A stretch of 64,000 nt of DNA from Vicugna vicugna (lineage: Eukaryota). Under the pieces are notes generated by a model. That model ran no database searches. It worked only from the letters and a program-made list of their open reading frames with translations, and had not been told where the DNA came from. A program made the position numbers and the translations under genes. Shown here in pieces: positions 26,401-40,558 of the stretch. How positions within the stretch are numbered: the first letter of the stretch is position 1; each line of letters starts with the position of its first letter. The stretch is from assembly GCA_013265495.1 (NCBI GenBank), contig MU057521.1:1252335-1316334 (forward strand), given 5' to 3'.

Positions 26401-28220
26401 GTAAGTGCTTCCTTTAGTATATAGTTAGCAGAAATTTAAATGATATGTTCTAAGGCAATGTGGGGGGAACAAAGACAGAAAATACCACCTAACTGAACAT
26501 TCTGGTAAATTACCCGTTAAAGATTCTGTTGGTCTGAAGGCAAGGGTGATTTGAGGAGGTTTAGCTTGGCTGAAGCCAGAGCAGAAAGGGCATGATCTGA
26601 CTTTGTTAAATGAAATAGCACCTTTGTGGCACTAACTTGTACACTATTCACAATGCTACCTCTTCCTAGCCTCTTCTGAAGACTTAACTATTTTAGGTAA
26701 AGTGTCAGCTTCAGTTCCCCAAATGCAGAGATAACTAAAATATGAGTCTCTAAAGCTTTCTTATTTACACAATGTCAAATTGCTTTAACTTTATTTCACA
26801 GCTATAGTTCATGTCCTCACTTTTTAAAATGAACTTTCTGTTCTCCCCCAAGTAAATGAATTGAAGAAAAGTTGAAGAAACGATAGAAACTTCTTGGTCT
26901 AATTTTTGTACTTAGGAAAAAAACCTTCTGGACCTTTTTAGAGTCTAGAAGAAAAACTAACATTTCTTTAATACCCGTTAATTATTTACCATTAAGGCAG
27001 ATACTTAATATATAAAACTTATTATTTCATTCTTGTAACCCTTTGAATTCTATTTTGATTTTTGTGTTGAAACTGAGTGTTTATGTGACTTGCTCAGGGT
27101 CCCACAGCTGTCAAATGACAGAACCAGGATCTGATATCAGTCTCTTGCTCTTTCAACCCCCCAATTTTAAAGAATTTATAAGACTCTTAATGTATTTTAC
27201 TATTCTGTAGATAGTCTTATGTGTATATGCATGTATTCATTTAGTTTAAAAATTGGCCCTTTTCTCTATAAAATTTCAAAATAGGTGTTTAAAAAACTAT
27301 AAATAGACAACTGGACTGAAGTACTTGTTGTTATGAAACCTAGGGAATTCAAGTGTTTTTTTTTTAATGTTCACATTCCTTCTATCTGAGAATTTATCCA
27401 TACCCGGTTTTTCTTGGTCCATTTCATAACACGGCTAATTCCACATTGCTGCTAAACATAGCTGCAGTATTCAGCACACGTGGTAATTCTTCCATCAAGA
27501 AATTAACTAATTTAGAACTTGATAGTAAATAGCTAATATATCTGGTATTTCTGGCATAATTGTTATTTATAATAGAGTAATGACATCTCAAGTGGATGTG
27601 AACAGCAATAAATGCTTTCATCTCTAATGATTCTATTTTTCACTGTAATACTCGGTTTCTGTGTACCATACTGATCCTTTCACTCCCTTTTTTCTTTCTG
27701 TTATCTCTTTCGTTTCCTTTTGAAATTTCTTTTCCTACATTTTATCTGTAATTCAGTTATTTCAAAATGCTTTCAATGCTGACAAATACAGTTGTCACCA
27801 GATCTATTACAGGAGTTAGGAAGCAGGAGAGAGAGTAGCAAGTACTGCTGCTGGAACAGTTGAGCGTTTAAAATGATTCCTGTGGCTCACTCTAATTTCT
27901 TTAACCAGACTTATAAAATTTCAAAAGATAATACCCTCTTAAAAGAAAAAAGCCTATAAAAGAAGTTCCACACAAATGAAAATGACTGATGTTCACCCTA
28001 AAGTTTTCCACATAAAAGATTCTATTACTTACGCAGTGCCTTAATGCTTCTTCGCATTTTCATGCTCAGAGAATTAAGATTCATGGACATCTCCATTATG
28101 TGTTATGCTGTGAGTCTAACATACATGTCCTTAAATGCTTTATTATTTGCTACAGAAAGGAAGATCATAAATATGTAATTTTGAAAGGCTAAAATTAGCT
28201 TCCACCTCCTTATGTTTCAG

Positions 28221-28368
28221 GAAGGAGAGCACGGGCTGGATGAACATAAGCTTCACATGTATCTGTCTGCCTTGCAGTCCTTGATCCCATCTCTCTTTGC
28301 ATTAGTGCTACAGAATGCACCTTTCTCCAGCAAAGCCAAGCTTCATGGTGAAGTGCCACAGATAGAAG
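28221..28368 (+). CDS. RELCH: RELCH coding exon, 148 nt: EGEHGLDEHKLHMYL...GEVPQIE(V)
   Basis: tgtttcag|GAA...GAAG|gtactg; phase 0 to 1. Confidence 0.95.
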
Positions 28369-29457
28369 GTACTGAACTTAAATTATGGAAGGAAGATGTA
28401 GAATATTAACAGCTAAGCCTCCCAAAGAATTGTTTATGATTAAAATTATAAAAAATCACTCTATTGACAGCATACTTACTAAAATGTATTATATGTGTAC
28501 AATCTCATGGTCGTAGATTGTATGATATCTAAGGTAAACTATATGGCTTCATCTTTTATGGGTAAGGCTCTTGGTGTTATTTTAAAATATTTATACTTTC
28601 TTTTCATTTTTAATCTAGAGCCTTTTTATAACCTTTTTTTTCAGTGTTATAAATCAAGAAAATACATGTTTTCTTTTCATTAATAGAGCTGAATTAATAG
28701 TTACCAGTGCCAGTTTATGAAGCTTTTCATTTCCACTTTCTTTATATTTTTTTCCCCCAGCTAGTTCATCTTATTTTCAATAGGGGAAGGTAAATGTAAT
28801 TACTCTTTCCTACTATGTCTTTGATAGGAGTATAAGCATATGCAGCTTAATTGTCTTTTTTCCCCTAAAGTAGGAATATAATTTATTTTTAGAAATAAAT
28901 GAAATTGAAAGCAAAAGCCAGTAATTCCTTAGCTCAAAGTCCAGCTAACCAGTAACTTGGCACTTGGTAGCCCTACTGTACCCAACCCACAGGATGGATG
29001 TCTGTAGACAAGTTATCACTGTGCATGAGATCCCTTTGCAGCTTCTTCAGATTTGTGAAATTATACATGTCTCTTAAAGGCTTCTGAAAGACAAAAGAGT
29101 TATAACATCGAGAAAAATCAACAATGTTTTTAGAATTGCAGTTTTCATATAAAGTAAACTGGGCTACCTAAAATCTTTGGGATATAAAGCATTATGTCCA
29201 AGAATGCACAAAGCGCAGCATTAAAGTGGTTTATAGTGTCTGAATGCCAGTTTTACTTGGAAAACTGAGAATGGATAGGGAAGCGTTAGATTAATGATGT
29301 TATTGAGGAGAATGAAAATTCAAACTTTTAAGATGAGTCTTCGTGAAGCACCCACAGCTGTTCACTTCAGTTCCACTCTTTCACTCATTAAGGCACTTCA
29401 TCTGCCTAGGGACTTTCCCACCTTTCTGATTCCCTCTCTTTTTTTTTTTTATCTTGC

Positions 29458-29920
29458 TGTATTGTCTTGCTAGGGCTGCCATAACGAAGTACCGTAAACT
29501 AGTGCTTTAGCAACAGATGTTTATTGTCTCACAGTTCTGAAGGCTAGAAGTCTGAAATCAGGATATCAGTAGAGTTGGTTCCTTCTGGAGGCTGTGAGGG
29601 CAAAGCTGTTTCATGCCTTTCTCCTAGCTTCTGGGGGTTGGCCGGCAGCGTTTGGTGCTCTTTGGCTTGTAGATGCATCACCCCAATCTCTGCCATCATC
29701 TTCATATTCCATTCTCCCTGTGCGTGTATGTGTCCAAATTTCCTCTTTGTTTATAAATTCAGTTATATTGGATTAGAAGTCTACGCTACTCCAGTATGAC
29801 CTCATCTTATCTAATTATATCTGCAACAGCACTGTTTTCAAATAAGGTCACATTCTGAGGTTCTGGGGGTTAGGACTTCACATATGAATTTTTAAGGAAG
29901 ACACAGTTTAACCCATAGCA
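29458..29920 (-). mobile_element. MaLR (MLT1-type) solo LTR
   Basis: tgtattgtcttgctagggctgccataac...tttattgtctcacagttctgaaggctagaagtctgaaatcagg...ggttaggacttcacatatgaattt. Confidence 0.85.
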
Positions 29921-31834
29921 TTTGCTATCATTCATTCGTTCATTTAACAAGTAATTCTTCAATATTGCCTATTGCCAAACACATGCTAGAGATTAGATAG
30001 AAAATTTTCAAAGCTGCTTTATCATCCTGAACATATTCCTTCTAACATTTATGTGACCTTTCCTTGTGATTATGTCTTTATCATGCCAAAAATAATCTTT
30101 TATTTTTAGTTCTCATTGACTTAATTTGACTCTGACTTTGAACAGTAGCTATAAATGTTGTTGTTATACTCACATGTAGGTATACAATGCATTTATTAGA
30201 AATGAGAAAATATTATATCCTTATTTAGAGTCTATATATATATGTATGTCTGTATGTCTGTTTATATATACAATTGTATAATTTGGGATGCAGTTTACTG
30301 TAAGTGAAGATTCATTTGTGTTCTCTTAAATTAATGGAAGTTCCACAGCACTAGCTAATATTTACGTCAGACACTATTTTCAATGGTTACACTCATGAGT
30401 AAAATAGACAAAAATCTCTGCCATCATAGAGCTTACATTCTAGTGAGAGGGAAATACATTAAAGACTTAGAGTCATAACAGCTGTTATTTTGCTGGATTT
30501 GGATAATTGTGGCTATTTTTGACAATAAAATGATAGTGTTTTGCCAGCCTGTTAAAATGGTATTCTGGGGACCTTTCTGTATCGTTATGTTAGATGTTCA
30601 AATTTTTAAGTCTTCTTAAATAGAATAATGTTTTGAAGTTCCTGAACCATTCTGATTGCTTATCTGTTATAACTGAGTTATCCAAGTAATTTGTTTATTT
30701 CCTGACCTTGTTCTGCTTCTGTTGGACCTAGCTTTAAATCTGTGGACTGCACTTTTCATACAGTAAATCTTGACATATCTATTTTACTTTTAACTATTCC
30801 TCTATTTTCCAATAGTTTGTCAGTACTTTTGAAGAAATAATATACATTTCATCATAATATAGCAGATTGTAACCAGTATGATCTAACTGTGTTAGAAATT
30901 ATATCAGATATGCTTTGACATGCTATAGAAATATGAAGTACAGATACATACCCTCACCATCCACATCTGTTTGATTCCTAGGTTGAAATAGTGACAGTTC
31001 AAGCAGAAACCTCAGATAGTATGGGATACCATGTTACCTAAATTCATTGATTTACTTGTGTATTATGATAGCTAATAGGAGACTTTAACAAGCAAGGGAT
31101 AACCTTCATTTGTACTTAAGATATTGTTAAAAGCCTTGGGCCACATAGGAAGACAATAGTATCTTGTCTTTGAGCATTTTTATAGTTATTTCATGTTTTC
31201 TGAAGTTTAATCATTATCATTAGGCCACTAATATCTTTTGAGAAAGTGCTGCATCTTTATTTGTGTTTTTTTAGTGTGTTAACCTCTATGCAGGAGTTAC
31301 TGGGCCATTAGGAATTTCTGACCAACAGTTAATGAGCTGTTAGTAGCATTATTCACTTAACAGCTATCTAAGACATAGTCTTTAATAAGCTGGGATCTAA
31401 CTATGATTTATAGGATCATAAATGTTATTGATATGTTTGAATTTTAAAATGTATTAGTGTATGTTAGTGTTTTATTTATGTAATTTTAAAAGTAATTTTT
31501 TTCAGTTTTCCCCCAAAACTTTTAAAGTGTATATATAAGTCTGTGGTTATAATATTTATAGTACATTTTCCTTTATCTTACTGGTCATTGTTTTAATACT
31601 TATTAACTTAATGTTTATCAAACTTTTTAAAATAAAACATTTAGTATTGGAATTTAAATACTTAAAAAGCCTATTTAGCTCAAGCTTCAATGTATTTTGT
31701 GTCATTATTCTCTGGTATAAAGCAGTTTTTCCCTGCTATCAACCTGCTAGTTTCTTATTCCATGAAGGAATCATATTTACTATTGCATTGACATAGACAG
31801 TCTGGTGGTATTACAAATATTTCTGGTTTTTTTA

Positions 31835-31996
31835 ATTTTATTTTTTCAATTTTTTTTAAGCTTTTTTTTTTCTAGGAAGGAGGAGGTAATTAGGTCTATC
31901 TTTTTTTTTTTTTTTTTTTTAAGGTACTGGGGATTGAACCCAGTACCTCACGCATGCTCAGCACGCAATCTGCCACTGAATTGTATACCCTCCCCC
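31835..31996 (-). mobile_element. tRNA-derived SINE (Vic-1-like), antisense
   Basis: Reverse complement reads GGGGGAGGGTATACAATTCAGTGGCAGA...GGTTCAATCCCCAGTACC-poly(A)-ACCTAATTACCTCC-A tail; near-duplicated flanks atttctg(g)tttttt. Confidence 0.85.
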
Positions 31997-32193
31997 ATTT
32001 CTGTTTTTTAAAAACCAAGTTCAGATCCATATTTTAGCTGAGCTTTTATATTTGAGCCAATTTTAATTTAACCTGAGTGAAATTTTACTCTTTATTAGCA
32101 AGCTGTTTCCTAACAGTATTTGTTTAACTATTTATTTAGTCTCAAAATCTGCTTAATTTTTGAGTTTTGTTAAATTATTCACACGTGACAATT

Positions 32194-32387
32194 TACAGTT
32201 GACCCTTAAACAATAGGAGTTTGACTTGCACATGTCCACTTGTATGTGGATATTTTTCAGTAGTTTATACTGTCGTACTGCATGGGCCGTGATTGATTGA
32301 ATTTGTGGGCGTGGAGGCACCTGATACAGAGAGCTGACTGTAAGTTATAGGCAGATTAACCCCCAAGATGTATAGGCGTCAACAGTA
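32194..32387. mobile_element. Tigger2-derived MITE
   Basis: tacagttgaccctt ... gcgtcaacagta imperfect terminal inverted repeats with TA flanks. Confidence 0.65.
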
Positions 32388-32559
32388 TTTCTTTTTCTTC
32401 ATAAAAGTGATTTAATTAATATTTTAAATTTTATATTTAAAGTCTATAATAAGTTAAATAAATATCAGGAGGCAGAATCTTACTTTTCTTTTTGACAGAA
32501 TGGCTAATTTTCCAAACTGCCATTTTCCATGTGATTTATTTTGCTTCTGTTGTTTACAG

Positions 32560-32716
32560 TGACTAGGTTCCCACGGCCTCTGTCGCCTCTTCAAGATGTG
32601 TCTACTATTATTGGAAGTCGTGAGCAATTGGCAGTGCTACTACAACTTTATGATTACCAGCTGGAACACGAGGGTACAACAGGCTGGGAGAGTTTACTTT
32701 GGGTTGTCAATCAGTT
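32560..32716 (+). CDS. RELCH: RELCH coding exon, 157 nt: TRFPRPLSPLQDVST...WESLLWVVNQ(L)
   Basis: tgtttacag|TGACT...CAGTT|gtaagt; phase 1 to 2. Confidence 0.95.
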
Positions 32717-33328
32717 GTAAGTTACTACCTCTGTATTCATTTGATAAGCCTCAATCAGTTGAATGGAAAATAGCTCACCATATTTAGCCTGGGCTCCAAG
32801 AGAAAAATATAACAAAACATTTTTTAAAACAGCAAAACATGACTTGGCATCATCTATGGTAAATATCTTTAGGAGAGGAGATTTATATCACTGGATATGT
32901 AATTATCCATGAAGATGGTGCTGCTGTGTTATGTCAGAAGGAACTATCTACTGCCTTATTGTCTAAAAGTAGTGATGGATTTTAAACTACATCCAGACTT
33001 CTCATTTTTGAGGCTAAAATGGATGCCATGTTAACCGAGCTCTTGTGTGAAGCATCAGATACATTGATTTGAGTCTCATAAGTCCATACTCAGAACTCTA
33101 CTATTAAGATTTCATATATTTTTATGGCAGTTGGTTAAAATTTAAGTTTATAGAATATAAACTTAAGACTTATTCGAAGGGTCCCAAACAATTCCTTTGC
33201 ATTCCAGTTTTAGTGGTTATGAAAAGCAGAACAGAAGAGGATGTTAAATTTGCATTTTTTCAGAAATTGGCAAGGAAACACTGATTTATTTGTATCCCCT
33301 GCCTATTTTTCTTTCCTTTCATATTCAG

Positions 33329-33452
33329 GTTGCCACAACTTATAGAAATAGTTGGCAAACTTAATGTTACTTCAACTGCCTGTGTCCATGAATTCTCCAG
33401 ATTTTTCTGGCGCCTTTGCCGGACATTTGGCAAAATTTTCACAAACACTAAG
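33329..33452 (+). CDS. RELCH: RELCH coding exon, 124 nt: LPQLIEIVGKLNVTST...GKIFTNTK
   Basis: atattcag|GTTG...AAG|gtaaaa; phase 2 to 0. Confidence 0.95.
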
Positions 33453-35268
33453 GTAAAAACTTGTATTCCATGTTTTCTTATATGCAAGAAACAGAACTAT
33501 AATGGGTTAATTAATGCTAGAACAGAGTAAATAAAAGCATGAGTCCTTTTTTTTACTCATTATCTTTTAATATTTTAGAAAACCATGATAGTAAAAGAAA
33601 ATTCTTGTCAGTAATTCTTATCTTTACTGATTTTCCGAAGGTGATTTAGCCAAAGCTTAGTTTGTATCCAGATTTGGATATAAGATCTACTCACTGTGGG
33701 TATATCTCAAAGCTTTCCAGCATAGGAAGTATCAACTAGGGGACTCAACTGCACTGCTTTGAATGTGCTTCTGGTATTTTACCAGCTGCCACAGAAACAG
33801 CCATTTTACTCAGCATGCTTTGGTCAAAACATCAGCTGATTATAGAACCAAAGCAACTTGTATGAAATACTTGTTACAAGGATACCAGCTCTTGGAAGAG
33901 CATAGGCACTTGAGATGAATGCTCCATATTTCAGTCACTACCAAAGGTATTATTTGTGACTTTTGCCTATCCAGGTTATTCTGTATTTTTAGATATTAAA
34001 ATTGGAATGTACTGAGGTCCCACTTTCTTCTTAAATCTTGTTAATCTATTTGTCTTCATAGCATATTGTATTGTTAAGCCAGCTTTTTAGAGATCTAATA
34101 AAAACATAGAAAGATGTAGTTGCTATAATCAAATATTAATCAAGACACTTAAAAGGTAAGAATTTTGTGCAGTTCCATACTATTAAATCTGTAGTTATTG
34201 AAACATAAAGGAAAACTGTTTCGTATAGCAAATTGGGCAAAATTCAGAAAATGACTTATGACTGTTATATTTGTGTCCTGTAATAAAGCATTTAATTTAT
34301 CTGGTCTTAATCTTTTCATGTATGAAATGAAGAAGTTGCTTCAATGTCTTTTAGTTCTGTAAGTCTGATTCTGTAGATCAATCTTTTCACAGTGGTGTGC
34401 ACCTCATTTGAAACTGAATTCGTAAATTGATATGCTTGACTCACCAATAGGAGGGCAAAAACCAGACCTTGATGTTACTTGTAGAAGAAACAAAATCATT
34501 TTACATTTTTCACTAACTTCTAATTAGCAAACAAGTATAATTTGATTTTACTGGTATCGCTACTGGCAAATATTGTTTGATATCCCAAAGGAAGTAGCTG
34601 TTATTTTTTTTACAAAGGCAATTAGGAGTCCACTTTAGTATGTAACAGTTAAGTGGTTGACTTCAGTGGCCTGAAATTTGAAGTCTGTGATAATGTTAAT
34701 AGTAAAAAATTGAAACAAGCATTTGCTCTAACATAAGATTTTAAAATTAAATTCTGTATTTGATGTTTACAATTAAATTCTGAGGAAGTTGAAATAAGAA
34801 ACTAATCTAAGCAGATGGGTATCACATGATGAATAGGTTATTTATTGAATACCCTAAATGAGTGGAATTTTATTTTCATTCCTTTCATATACAGCAAATG
34901 TTATTTTCAGTAATTCTAATCATATAATATCTACCTAAATAACCTTTCTGTCATCAAGTTTGGTTTTAAGAGGTAGTAATTTCCAGAATTTAAAATCATC
35001 TTGGAAATTATTTTAGTGACTTAAACTAAAGGCCTGCTGACCTGAATTGATTTTTAAAATATTTTCTCTCTAAAGGTATTGTGATTTTCAGTAGCTTCAC
35101 TCTTCTTTTTTCCTATGGCTCTTAAGAATGTTATGTTTTTGACCACTTGAATCAATAGCATATAATGCAAAATAAATACGGAAATAGTCATCGTAATAGC
35201 AGCAGTTGTACGCATTGATTGGTCTGTTGAACTTGAGACTTTTTTCATCTTTTCTTTGGGCTGCTCAG

Positions 35269-35317
35269 GTAAAGCCTCAGTTCCAGGAGATTTTAAGGCT
35301 GTCTGAAGAAAATATTG
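35269..35317 (+). CDS. RELCH: RELCH coding exon, 49 nt: VKPQFQEILRLSEENI(D)
   Basis: ctgctcag|GTAAAG...ATTG|gtaagt; phase 0 to 1. Confidence 0.93.
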
Positions 35318-37288
35318 GTAAGTTTATGCATTATTACTTTTAAAAAACAATTGAATCTCTTGGCTCCAGAAAAATACTTTATTCATGACATGCAAATTAT
35401 ATAAATAAATTAGCAAGTACAATTAAAAAGGAAAATGTATACTGTGAGGTCCTTGGTTTTACAGCTCTGTCAGATCTAATATCCTTCCCATGAGGTGGCA
35501 GTAAGATTACTCTTTGTCAGTTTGATTGTAAATATCTACCTTCACTGTAATCAAACTGACTGAAGGCTGAGCTTCTCAAACTGAGATTTGAACCATTGTA
35601 GGTTTGAAGTGGTGTATTCAGGATAGTGAACAGTAGAAAGTAAAGAGCATCCAATTCATAATTAGTTACTGAAAACTTTTAAAAATTAAAACAAATGTAA
35701 TCAAATAGAATGCAAGGTATACATATATGTTTTTAAAATGAAACATGAGATTTTAAAGAAACTACAGGCTTTAATGAGCAGCTCCAGCCCCTCTTTTCAT
35801 AGTTTTCACTCATCTGTCCTAAGAATTCTAGTTATAGCACCATTGGCATAAGAACTCATTTATGTGTGGATCCTAGGTCCCTGCATATTTTTTAACTTGG
35901 TTGATTTTGAATATATAAATAATTCTTATCTCAGTCCTACCTTAATGGTTTGATTTGAGTGATCTAGAAAACTCCATTTTGGGCTGTCCTCAGAGGTATT
36001 AGAGCATGAAAAAATGATTCCTTTTAAGTTTGAAAACAGTGAGAGTTTTTGGACAAATGCTTCCCAAAGTTTATATTTAATAGCTTTCTAAGGGGTTTAT
36101 GTTTGGAATACCTAATAGTTGGTATTATCTTTTTAGTTAGTTATTAATTCTGATGATAAATTAGTAAATAATATTTACATATTTTGGAAACTGATAGCTT
36201 TTAGGATTATTAGCTATGAATACTTAGCTGTTCATATAGGAAGTGATTATTAACCAATGTATATGCAGTCTACATCTATGAATTCAACTTAAGCTTGTTT
36301 CTAGCCTCAGATTTACCTCTCAACTCCTATAGTCACACTCAGCCAACATCAGTACTCCCAAAAGAAAAAGTTCCTCTTACCAAGAGACTAAACAAACCTC
36401 AAATACTACTAATTGATGTGAAAATGGAATTTTTGCTAAAAATTCCTTCAGGGCATTTAGTTAAATACATCTTTGCAACTCACTTATTTATTACTTTCTG
36501 AAAAGAACTTAAAACCATACAAAAATAAGGGGGAAAGTAATTTTTTAAAAATTGAGTACATAAAAGCAAATGTAAAGCACTTAAAACATTGCCTAAAAAT
36601 CAATAAATGAGGTGCTATAAATAACTACTGTTATTATCATCTCTGGAACTTTTTGAACATTATCCACACATGCTGCATGAGAAAATCTCTTACGTTACAT
36701 TAGTCAGGCACTAATGTTACAGGCACTCACCTGTGATTGGATGCTTTTCCTCCCTCTGCTTTACTTAGCCTCCCTACTGCATGAAAATAATCAGGGTTCT
36801 GTCCAGCTGAAAATCCTCATACAGGATGCAGGAAGAGTACTGGAAACTAGGTGGTATCCATGTCTGGAAGCAGGTTACATAATGTCTATCTAGTGCCTCC
36901 TGTCAGCTGTGTGCCTTTACATTTTACTGAATACTGCCAACTGAAAGAATGAATGTATGAAGACCTACTTCAGTGGGCACTTGGGAAAGTCTGAGAGAAA
37001 ACTCTGATTTCTGATTATGCAAATAAGAGCAAAGCATCTCATTTGGGTTATTAAAATTTTTCCCATCTATCAAAAATATTTATGCTAATGGCCCTTGTGA
37101 AAGTATTAAGTTTTGTTTTTACTACCACCAGTGGATATATATTTTAATTAAAATATTTGCCAAAGTAATGATAATATTTATTTGTAAGACTTGTAACCGG
37201 TTGGAATTTTAAATATAATTTGCATTGTGACTTTTTGCTTTACATTTATGGCATACTCAGATTTTTAAAATTATTTTAATGATTTTAG

Positions 37289-37368
37289 ATTCCTCAGCAG
37301 GAAATGGGGTCCTCACTAAAGCTACAGTCCCCATTTATGCAACAGGAGTCCTTACATGTTATATTCAG
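37289..37368 (+). CDS. RELCH: RELCH coding exon, 80 nt: SSAGNGVLTKATVPIYATGVLTCYIQ
   Basis: gattttag|ATTCC...CAG|gtaagg; phase 1 to 0. Confidence 0.94.
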
Positions 37369-37760
37369 GTAAGGGAGAAATTCTTTTACTGGAAAATGTA
37401 AAAGCACTTTCTATTGAGAAAGATACCTGATATTATGTCTTTTAATGTGTGTGTGAGTGAAAATGTTACCCATAAAGGAAAACTATTTATTTATTCATTT
37501 TATTTAACAAATAATTTATAGGGGAGAGCATATTTCAATAATAAATCTCATTAAAATCTCGAACAAATTTTAGTGATTGTGTGCTTAACATTTTGTTCAA
37601 AGTGTTAGATTGCACTTATTTAACAGTTTCTTTGTGTTTCATTATAATTTTTTTCATTAATAACGAAGCACATGTGTTAGATGAAGCAGACTACAAAATG
37701 CTATAGAATACTGTTCATTTTTAGCAAAGTACTTTTTATTAATACTTTATTATTCTTAAT

Positions 37761-38201
37761 TGTTACTATGTAATAAATTACCCCAAAACATGCCTTATTA
37801 TAGCCTTTTTATTTGCTCACTGGCTTTGCTCAGCTAGGTGTTTCTTCTGCTGGTCTTGCTGGTAGTCACTTGTGTTGCTGCATTCACTTGGTTGGTTGGT
37901 AGGAGGCCCAGCTAGTATGGCTGAGCTTCAGTATCCATGTAGTCTTAGGGCCTCTCTCCGTCCACCGTGGCCTCCGGAGCAGCAGAGCCAGACTCATTAC
38001 ATGGTGGCTCAAGGCTCCCAGAATTGCAAAAGTAGAATCTGCTAGGCGAAGGCCTGAGCCTCAAATTAGCACATCACTACCACTGCATTCTTTTGGTTAA
38101 AGGAAATCACGGACCCAGCCCAGAGTCAAAAAGAGGGGACTAAATGAGAGCCTGAACGAGCTGTGGCTCACTGGTGGTCACTGATATAACAGACTACCTC
38201 A
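37761..38201 (-). mobile_element. MaLR (MLT1-type) LTR
   Basis: tgtaataaattaccccaaaac...ttacatggtggctcaaggctccca...ccactgcattcttttggttaaagg. Confidence 0.65.
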
Positions 38202-40027
38202 CTCTACTTAATATTGTTTTAAGTAAATAACATGTGATGTGTATTAAGCATATCAGTCACTTTTAAGAGTGAGGCAGTCCCACCAGTGAGGTGAAAATAT
38301 GGGCTCAAGACAAAGCAATTTATAAAAATTAGAATGTGTAACTCAAACAGGAAGACCTTTTTCCCCAAATTTCCCCCATTAATACCTAACTTCTTTTGCC
38401 TTTTGAATTCAAAATACAACAGTTTATTACATTCTTCTTCCAAAACAGATTTGAACCATCTTACAATATTAAAATTTAGTTCTACAGTATCAGACGATAC
38501 TTTGCAATAGAAGCTGCAGTTCCGTTACAGTACAATATTCTTTTAAACTTTTCTTTTCTGTACTAGTTTCTAAGACTATCTCATAATGTAGATACACACA
38601 GAATCTCTGTGTTTAGAACATTTTAAATCATGTGACCTTAATAGGTTGTCTCTATTGTTCTTAAATTCATGGAGGTTAAGTCCTAGCACATTGCCAGGCA
38701 CAATAGTATGAATGCTATTTTCCTCTTTAATTTTGGAAGCTGTTCCAATATAATAACAGTGTGATGTTGATATTTTTCTCTCTCCTTTTTAACCTCTGGC
38801 AGTGGTTAGGATATTGATTTTGACCATAAATAGTATTTTGAAGCATAATGAAGTACAAAATACAAAGTTTGCCTCATAGTAGTACCTCAGTGATTAGTTA
38901 CATAAGTGAATAAAGATATATTTTTTGAGTCACTATATGAAATTCAAATATATAAAGAGATAAGAAGTTTTCTGCTAGTCACAAAATGTGAATTGAGGTA
39001 GCTGTCACAGATTGCCAGGGTCACTTGTTTGAGGAAGCACACACTAGCTGTTAATATTTTTCTTGCTAAACCAAATTTTCTGTTAGGGTAAATCACTGCC
39101 CTGTTTGATAAACAAAAACTATTTTAAATCAAATATACAAGCAGTATTACTGTCTTGAGATTTTTAAATCGAGAAAAAGTATTTTAGTAAATTTTCAAAT
39201 CAAAAGAATCCATGCTCATTTAGAAGTATATTTCGTAGCTCTTATTTCACACTTCAGTTTTTTCATTTACAGTTTTCCGAATTTATATATACGCTGTGGT
39301 TAATAAGCAACTAAAAATGACTGAAATGTCTATTCCAACATAGCTCTGTTGCTGGTTTGTCAATGTCTAAGTAGACTAGCATTGTATAAAACTGCTGTAT
39401 CCATCCTTTATTCAGGCTGATCATTACTTTTGTCAATCCGTTATCTCCACCGAATTCTGAATTAATCTGACCATGTAGAAAAAAATGGTAGGTGGTAATC
39501 CAGTCTTCCTGATGGATCTGTTGATATGTACAGAAGCCGTTTATTGTTGACCTAATATAGCCCTAAAGACAAAAAACCTGACTCTACTTTATTATGTATT
39601 TATTTCCTGGTAGAATGTCAGACTCCTTTCCTATACAAATTCAGGTTAATTTAACATAGTTATTTTTTTAACTCTCCAAATTTAGCAGGCTTGCTTTTTC
39701 TAACATATTCTTTAATAAATAGAGTGCTGTGTAAGAAAAAGAAATATTTTCTGATTGTCAAAATAATGGTTTGTTAAAGAAAGATTGAAAAATAAAGATT
39801 ATTTTTTAATCAAGGGTGCAGCTATTTCCTTTAAGAGCATAATGGTCTATATTTTAGCAATTGTGCAGCTTCTCACCACTAATAATTTCTCAGATATCAA
39901 TTTTCTACTGTTAGTAGAATAAATGTTTTACTAGTTTGTATTTAACTATTTAGAGCCAAAATTAATGAAAGCTAAAATTGATAAAATAGGTTTTAATAAA
40001 AGAATATACCTTACTATGTTTTAAACC

Positions 40028-40244
40028 AGAACTATCTAATCAAACTTTCTGTAGTGATGGAAATACTCTTATCGGTATCTTAGCTATCCAATAAGGTAGC
40101 CACTAGTCACACATGTCAGTTAAACAATTTGAATTGTGACCAGTGCAACTAAGGAACTGAATCTTTTATTTTACTTAATTTTTAGCTTAAATTTAAATAT
40201 AAATAATTACATGTGGTGAGTGGCTACCATATTAGACAGCACAG
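40028..40244. mobile_element. MER3/MER33-like hAT MITE
   Basis: aactttctgtagtgatggaaat...ggtagccactagtcacacatg...catgtggtgagtggctaccatattagacagcacag, with the characteristic internal inverted repeat. Confidence 0.75.
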
Positions 40245-40451
40245 GTCTAAATCTATGAATCAAGATTGTCTTTGTCCTTGTACCATTGTGATCATAAATA
40301 TGCTTAATAAATAATATTTAATAAAAATGCTTCCAAAGTAGGATATTTTCCCACTTAACTTGGTAAAATTTTCTAATTATAGATAGGAAATTATCGTTTT
40401 AGCGCTACTTGATTGCTTGTAAATTCATTATCAGTCTTTTTCCTCTTGTAG

Positions 40452-40558
40452 GAAGAAGACCGAAAACTGTTAGTTGGATTCTTAGAAGATGTAATGACCT
40501 TGCTTTCATTATCTCATGCTCCTCTTGATAGCCTGAAAGCTTCTTTTGTGGAACTGGG
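40452..40558 (+). CDS. RELCH: RELCH coding exon, 107 nt: EEDRKLLVGFLEDVM...KASFVEL(G)
   Basis: ctcttgtag|GAA...CTGGG|gtaaaa; phase 0 to 2. Confidence 0.95.
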
